Part shown: piece after piece, positions 61,025-64,000 of the stretch
Layout: every line of letters begins with the position of its first letter
Numbering within the stretch: the stretch's first letter is position 1
Source: Gammaproteobacteria bacterium
GTDB lineage: Bacteria; Pseudomonadota; Gammaproteobacteria; SG8-11
Reading direction: 5' to 3'
Length of the DNA stretch: 64,000 bases
Assembly: GCA_031363085.1 (NCBI GenBank)
Contig: JANLTU010000245.1
Span: 8,500-72,499 of the forward strand
The notes under the pieces: generated by a model
The model's input: only the letters and a program-made list of their open reading frames with translations
What the model was told of the DNA's origin: nothing
Databases searched by the model: none
Program-made: the position numbers and the translations under genes

Positions 61025-63256
61025 TTATCCTTTGCCGCGATTGATGCGCGCAACCGGTTCCAGTTTGCGCAGGCGGCGCATGATGTTGGCGAGGTGCACG
61101 CGATTTTGTACTTCGATGGTGAAGCTCACGGTGCTGTACTTGCCGTCGCGTTCGGTGATGTTGACGTTGTCGATGTTCGCGTCCATCTCGGCAATTTCGG
61201 CGGCCAGGATCGCGAGCACGCCGCGCTTGTTGAGCACTTCCAGACGGATATCGACCGAAAACTCGCCCTTGGCTTCGGGCGCCCACTGCACGTCGATCCA
61301 CTTGTCCGGGCGCTTGCGTAATTCAATTGCGTTTTTACATGACTCGGTATGCACCACGATGCCCCGTTCAGCGGTCACCACGCCGATGATCGGGTCGCCC
61401 GGGATCGGGCGGCAGCATTTGGCGTAGTTCACCACCATACCTTCGGTGCCGGTGATGAGGAGTGGGCGGGTCGACTCCTTTCCGCCCTTGAATAGTCCTG
61501 GCACGTAGCGCGTCAAGACATTTTTAATTCCGCGTGCCGGCTTGAGCACCTGCGCTGCCGCATCGGCATCGGGCCGGGTCAGGTGTGAAACCAACTGCTG
61601 TGCGGTCAGCGTGGCCACGCGGTGCCCAAGCGCAATATCTTCCAGCAAGCTTTCCAAGCGTGGAACGCCCAGCTCGGAAATCGCCATTTCCAGTTGTATT
61701 GCGGGAATATTTTCCAGGGTGGTTGAGTAGGTTGTCAGCGCTTTGTTTAACATGCGCCGGCCCAGTTCCACTGCCTCGTCGGCTTTCAGATTTTTCAAAA
61801 ACAAACGAATGCTGGTGCGCGCCTTGGCCGAGACGACGAAATCCAGCCATAGCGGATTGGGTCGCGCGCCGGGTGCGGTAATGATCTCCACCGTTTGCCC
61901 ATTGAGCAGTTCAGTACGCAGCGGCATCAAGCGCCGATCAATTTTGGCCGCCACGCAGGAGTTGCCGACATCGGTGTGCACCGCATAGGCGAAGTCCACG
62001 GCGGTCGCGCTGCGCGGCATTTCCTTGATCTCACCCTTGGGCGTAAACACGTACACGACATCGGGAAAAAGATCGACCTTGACATTTTCCAGAAACTCTA
62101 GCGAATTGCCGGCGCCCTGCTGCATTTCCAACACGCCGCGCAACCATTGGCGTGCATGTTCCTGCGAGCTTGCACTGCCGCCGACATCGCCGGTTTTGTA
62201 GACCCAGTGCGCGGCAATGCCGGCCTCCGCCACTTTGTTCATGTCCTCCGAGCGGATTTGCACTTCGATGGGTACGCCGTAGGGGCCGAACAAAATGGTG
62301 TGCAGCGATTGATAGCCGTTGGTTTTAGGAATGGCGATGTAGTCTTTGAATTTTCCCGGCACCGGCTTGTAAAGATTGTGCACCAACCCCAGCGTACGGT
62401 AGCAGGAATCGACATTATTGACCACGATGCGAAACGCGTAGACATCGAACACTTCGCTGAAGGGCAGCACCTTGGTGAGCATTTTTTTGTAAATGCTGTA
62501 CAGATGTTTTTCGCGCCCCAGCACGTGGGCATTGACGCCTTCTTGGCGCAGGCGTTCGATGATGGATGCCTCAATGCGTGACACGATTTCCTTGCGGTTG
62601 CCGCGCGCTTTTTTTACCGATTCATCCAGAATCCGGTAACGCATCGGGTAGAGCGCCTGAAAGCCCAGCTCTTCCAATTCCAAACGCACTTTGTTCATGC
62701 CCAACCGATAGGCAATCGGCGCGTAAATTTCCAGCGTCTCGCGTGCGATGCGACGGCGCTTGTCGGCGCGCATCACGCTCAAGGTGCGCATGTTATGCAG
62801 TCGGTCCGCAAGCTTGACTAATATCACGCGGATGTCGCGCACCATCGCCAGCATCATCTTGCGAAAGTTTTCCGCCTGCGCTTCGGCGTGATTGTCGAAC
62901 TTGACCTGGGTGAGTTTACTGACGCCGTCGACCAGTTCGGCGACCTCGTGACCGAACTCCTCGACGATCTGTTCTTTGGGAATGTCGGTGTCTTCGATGA
63001 CGTCGTGCAAGATCGCGGCAATGATGCTTTTTTCATCCATACGCACTTCGGCAAGAATTTTCGCAACCGCCAACGGATGCTGGATGTACGGTTCACCGCT
63101 GACGCGACTCTGCCCGGCATGCGCGCGTGCGCTGAATTCGTACGCGCGTGCCACTTGCGCCACTTGAGTAGCATCCAGGTAGGTGCTGAGCATCGTGCAC
63201 AAATCGTCGATGCCCAGGGCAGAGCTAGGTTCTTTGGGGGCGATCACTGTAGACAT
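61025..63256 (-). CDS. spoT: Bifunctional (p)ppGpp synthetase/hydrolase SpoT
   Basis: Intact HD motif (ILHDVIED), KLADRLHNMRT, YQSLHT, TGS and ACT domains; follows rpoZ. Confidence 0.96.
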   Translation of the reverse strand: MSTVIAPKEPSSALGIDDLCTMLSTYLDATQVAQVARAYEFSARAHAGQSRVSGEPYIQHPLAVAKILAEVRMDEKSIIAAILHDVIEDTDIPKEQIVEEFGHEVAELVDGVSKLTQVKFDNHAEAQAENFRKMMLAMVRDIRVILVKLADRLHNMRTLSVMRADKRRRIARETLEIYAPIAYRLGMNKVRLELEELGFQALYPMRYRILDESVKKARGNRKEIVSRIEASIIERLRQEGVNAHVLGREKHLYSIYKKMLTKVLPFSEVFDVYAFRIVVNNVDSCYRTLGLVHNLYKPVPGKFKDYIAIPKTNGYQSLHTILFGPYGVPIEVQIRSEDMNKVAEAGIAAHWVYKTGDVGGSASSQEHARQWLRGVLEMQQGAGNSLEFLENVKVDLFPDVVYVFTPKGEIKEMPRSATAVDFAYAVHTDVGNSCVAAKIDRRLMPLRTELLNGQTVEIITAPGARPNPLWLDFVVSAKARTSIRLFLKNLKADEAVELGRRMLNKALTTYSTTLENIPAIQLEMAISELGVPRLESLLEDIALGHRVATLTAQQLVSHLTRPDADAAAQVLKPARGIKNVLTRYVPGLFKGGKESTRPLLITGTEGMVVNYAKCCRPIPGDPIIGVVTAERGIVVHTESCKNAIELRKRPDKWIDVQWAPEAKGEFSVDIRLEVLNKRGVLAILAAEIAEMDANIDNVNITERDGKYSTVSFTIEVQNRVHLANIMRRLRKLEPVARINRGKG

Positions 63257-63331
63257 GGGTGCGTTGCTTGAATTATCCAGAAATTCATGATGCTACCGGG
63301 GCCGGGCAAAGGCAACTTGCGGACGATAAGC

Positions 63332-63366
63332 CGCCTTCCGCGACCTTGGTCAGGTCGCGGAAGGCG
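63332..63366. other. Perfect 15-bp hairpin between rpoZ and spoT
   Basis: CGCCTTCCGCGACCT-TGGTC-AGGTCGCGGAAGGCG. Confidence 0.7.
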
Positions 63367-63438
63367 CGGATTAACTCAAGCGAAAGTTAAGGTGGCGAGA
63401 AGGCTAAAGCAAGAAGATAAGACGCACTGGCCAATAGA

Positions 63439-63684
63439 TTATTCGGTAGGCGGAATCGGCGCCGGCGGCGGTGGCGGCACGTGGTCCGGTTGCAGCAAAA
63501 TGGCCGGTCCGATTAACCCTGCCGCAATTTCACGCAGGGCCACCACAGTGGCTTTATCGTTTTCCCACGGCAGCATCGGTTCTTTACCAAGCGTGATTTC
63601 GCGCGCGCGTTTTGATGCGACCAACACCAGTTGAAAGCGATTCTCTACATTTTCCAAACAATCTTCGACGGTGACGCGCGCCAT
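63439..63684 (-). CDS. rpoZ: RNA polymerase omega subunit
   Basis: [35 protein letters not shown]. Confidence 0.97.
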   Translation of the reverse strand: MARVTVEDCLENVENRFQLVLVASKRAREITLGKEPMLPWENDKATVVALREIAAGLIGPAILLQPDHVPPPPPAPIPPTE

Positions 63685-63754
63685 GGGTTAAGCCTCTTAA
63701 TTTCAGGATGAATGCAGGGCGGTTAGTCTACTCAAGAATGTCCATGCACGCCAG

Positions 63755-64000
63755 TTAAGACGTGGCTAATAGGCCCGGCAACAGTGGTGCAAGACGCTTT
63801 TGGCTGGTGCGCAAACGCAGCCGTTGCACGGCGACGATAGCGTGCAGGTCGAGCAAGGCGCGCTGGAAATCGTCGTTGATCACCACAAACTCGAATTCAT
63901 CGTGGTGCGACATATCGCTCACCGCATCGCACAGGCGCCGGTTGATGACGGCGTCGCTGTCGGTGTTGCGGTTGCGCAGGCGTTGTTCTAATACGGCGCG
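63755..64000 (-). CDS. gmk: Guanylate kinase (3' part; runs off the window)
   Basis: Hand translation ..LEQRLRNRNTDSDAVINRRL..EFEFVVINDDFQRALLDL..*; gmk-rpoZ-spoT synteny. Confidence 0.92.
   Translation of the reverse strand, partial: RAVLEQRLRNRNTDSDAVINRRLCDAVSDMSHHDEFEFVVINDDFQRALLDLHAIVAVQRLRLRTSQKRLAPLLPGLLATS

Overview
Chromosomal origin region of a GC-rich Gammaproteobacterium, probably a sulfur oxidiser because it encodes a Tat-exported SoxB. Most of the window is core genome: the pdxA-surA-lptD-mnmE-yidC-yidD-rnpA-rpmH / dnaA-oriC-dnaN-parS-gyrB block (no recF), fbp, hemCD, yggS, pilTU, the pyrK-pyrC'-pyrB-pyrR-ruvX-yqgE-tonB-apbE-gshA run, the Pil-Chp chemosensory cluster, bioA, soxB and recG-ridA-spoT-rpoZ-gmk. 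No integrase, transposase, CRISPR array, rRNA or tRNA was recognised. The most unusual signals are five. (1) An integrase-free cargo hotspot between pilU and pyrK holds three diverged, co-oriented copies of the pyrK 3' end, each next to different cargo (higBA; multicopper oxidase plus two-component system; eroded higBA plus thioesterase). (2) Inside it, a ~250-bp stretch is built from 30-70-bp relics of higA, higB, pyrK, pilT and pilU. (3) A stand-alone ABC-ATPase plus TOPRIM-like pair resembling MAD3/MAD4 sits at the surA stop codon between 5-bp direct repeats. (4) An in-frame GNAT-YebC fusion keeps an internal RBS. (5) A heptamer-armed hairpin repeat occurs twice. All family assignments come from motif recognition by eye; no database searches were run.
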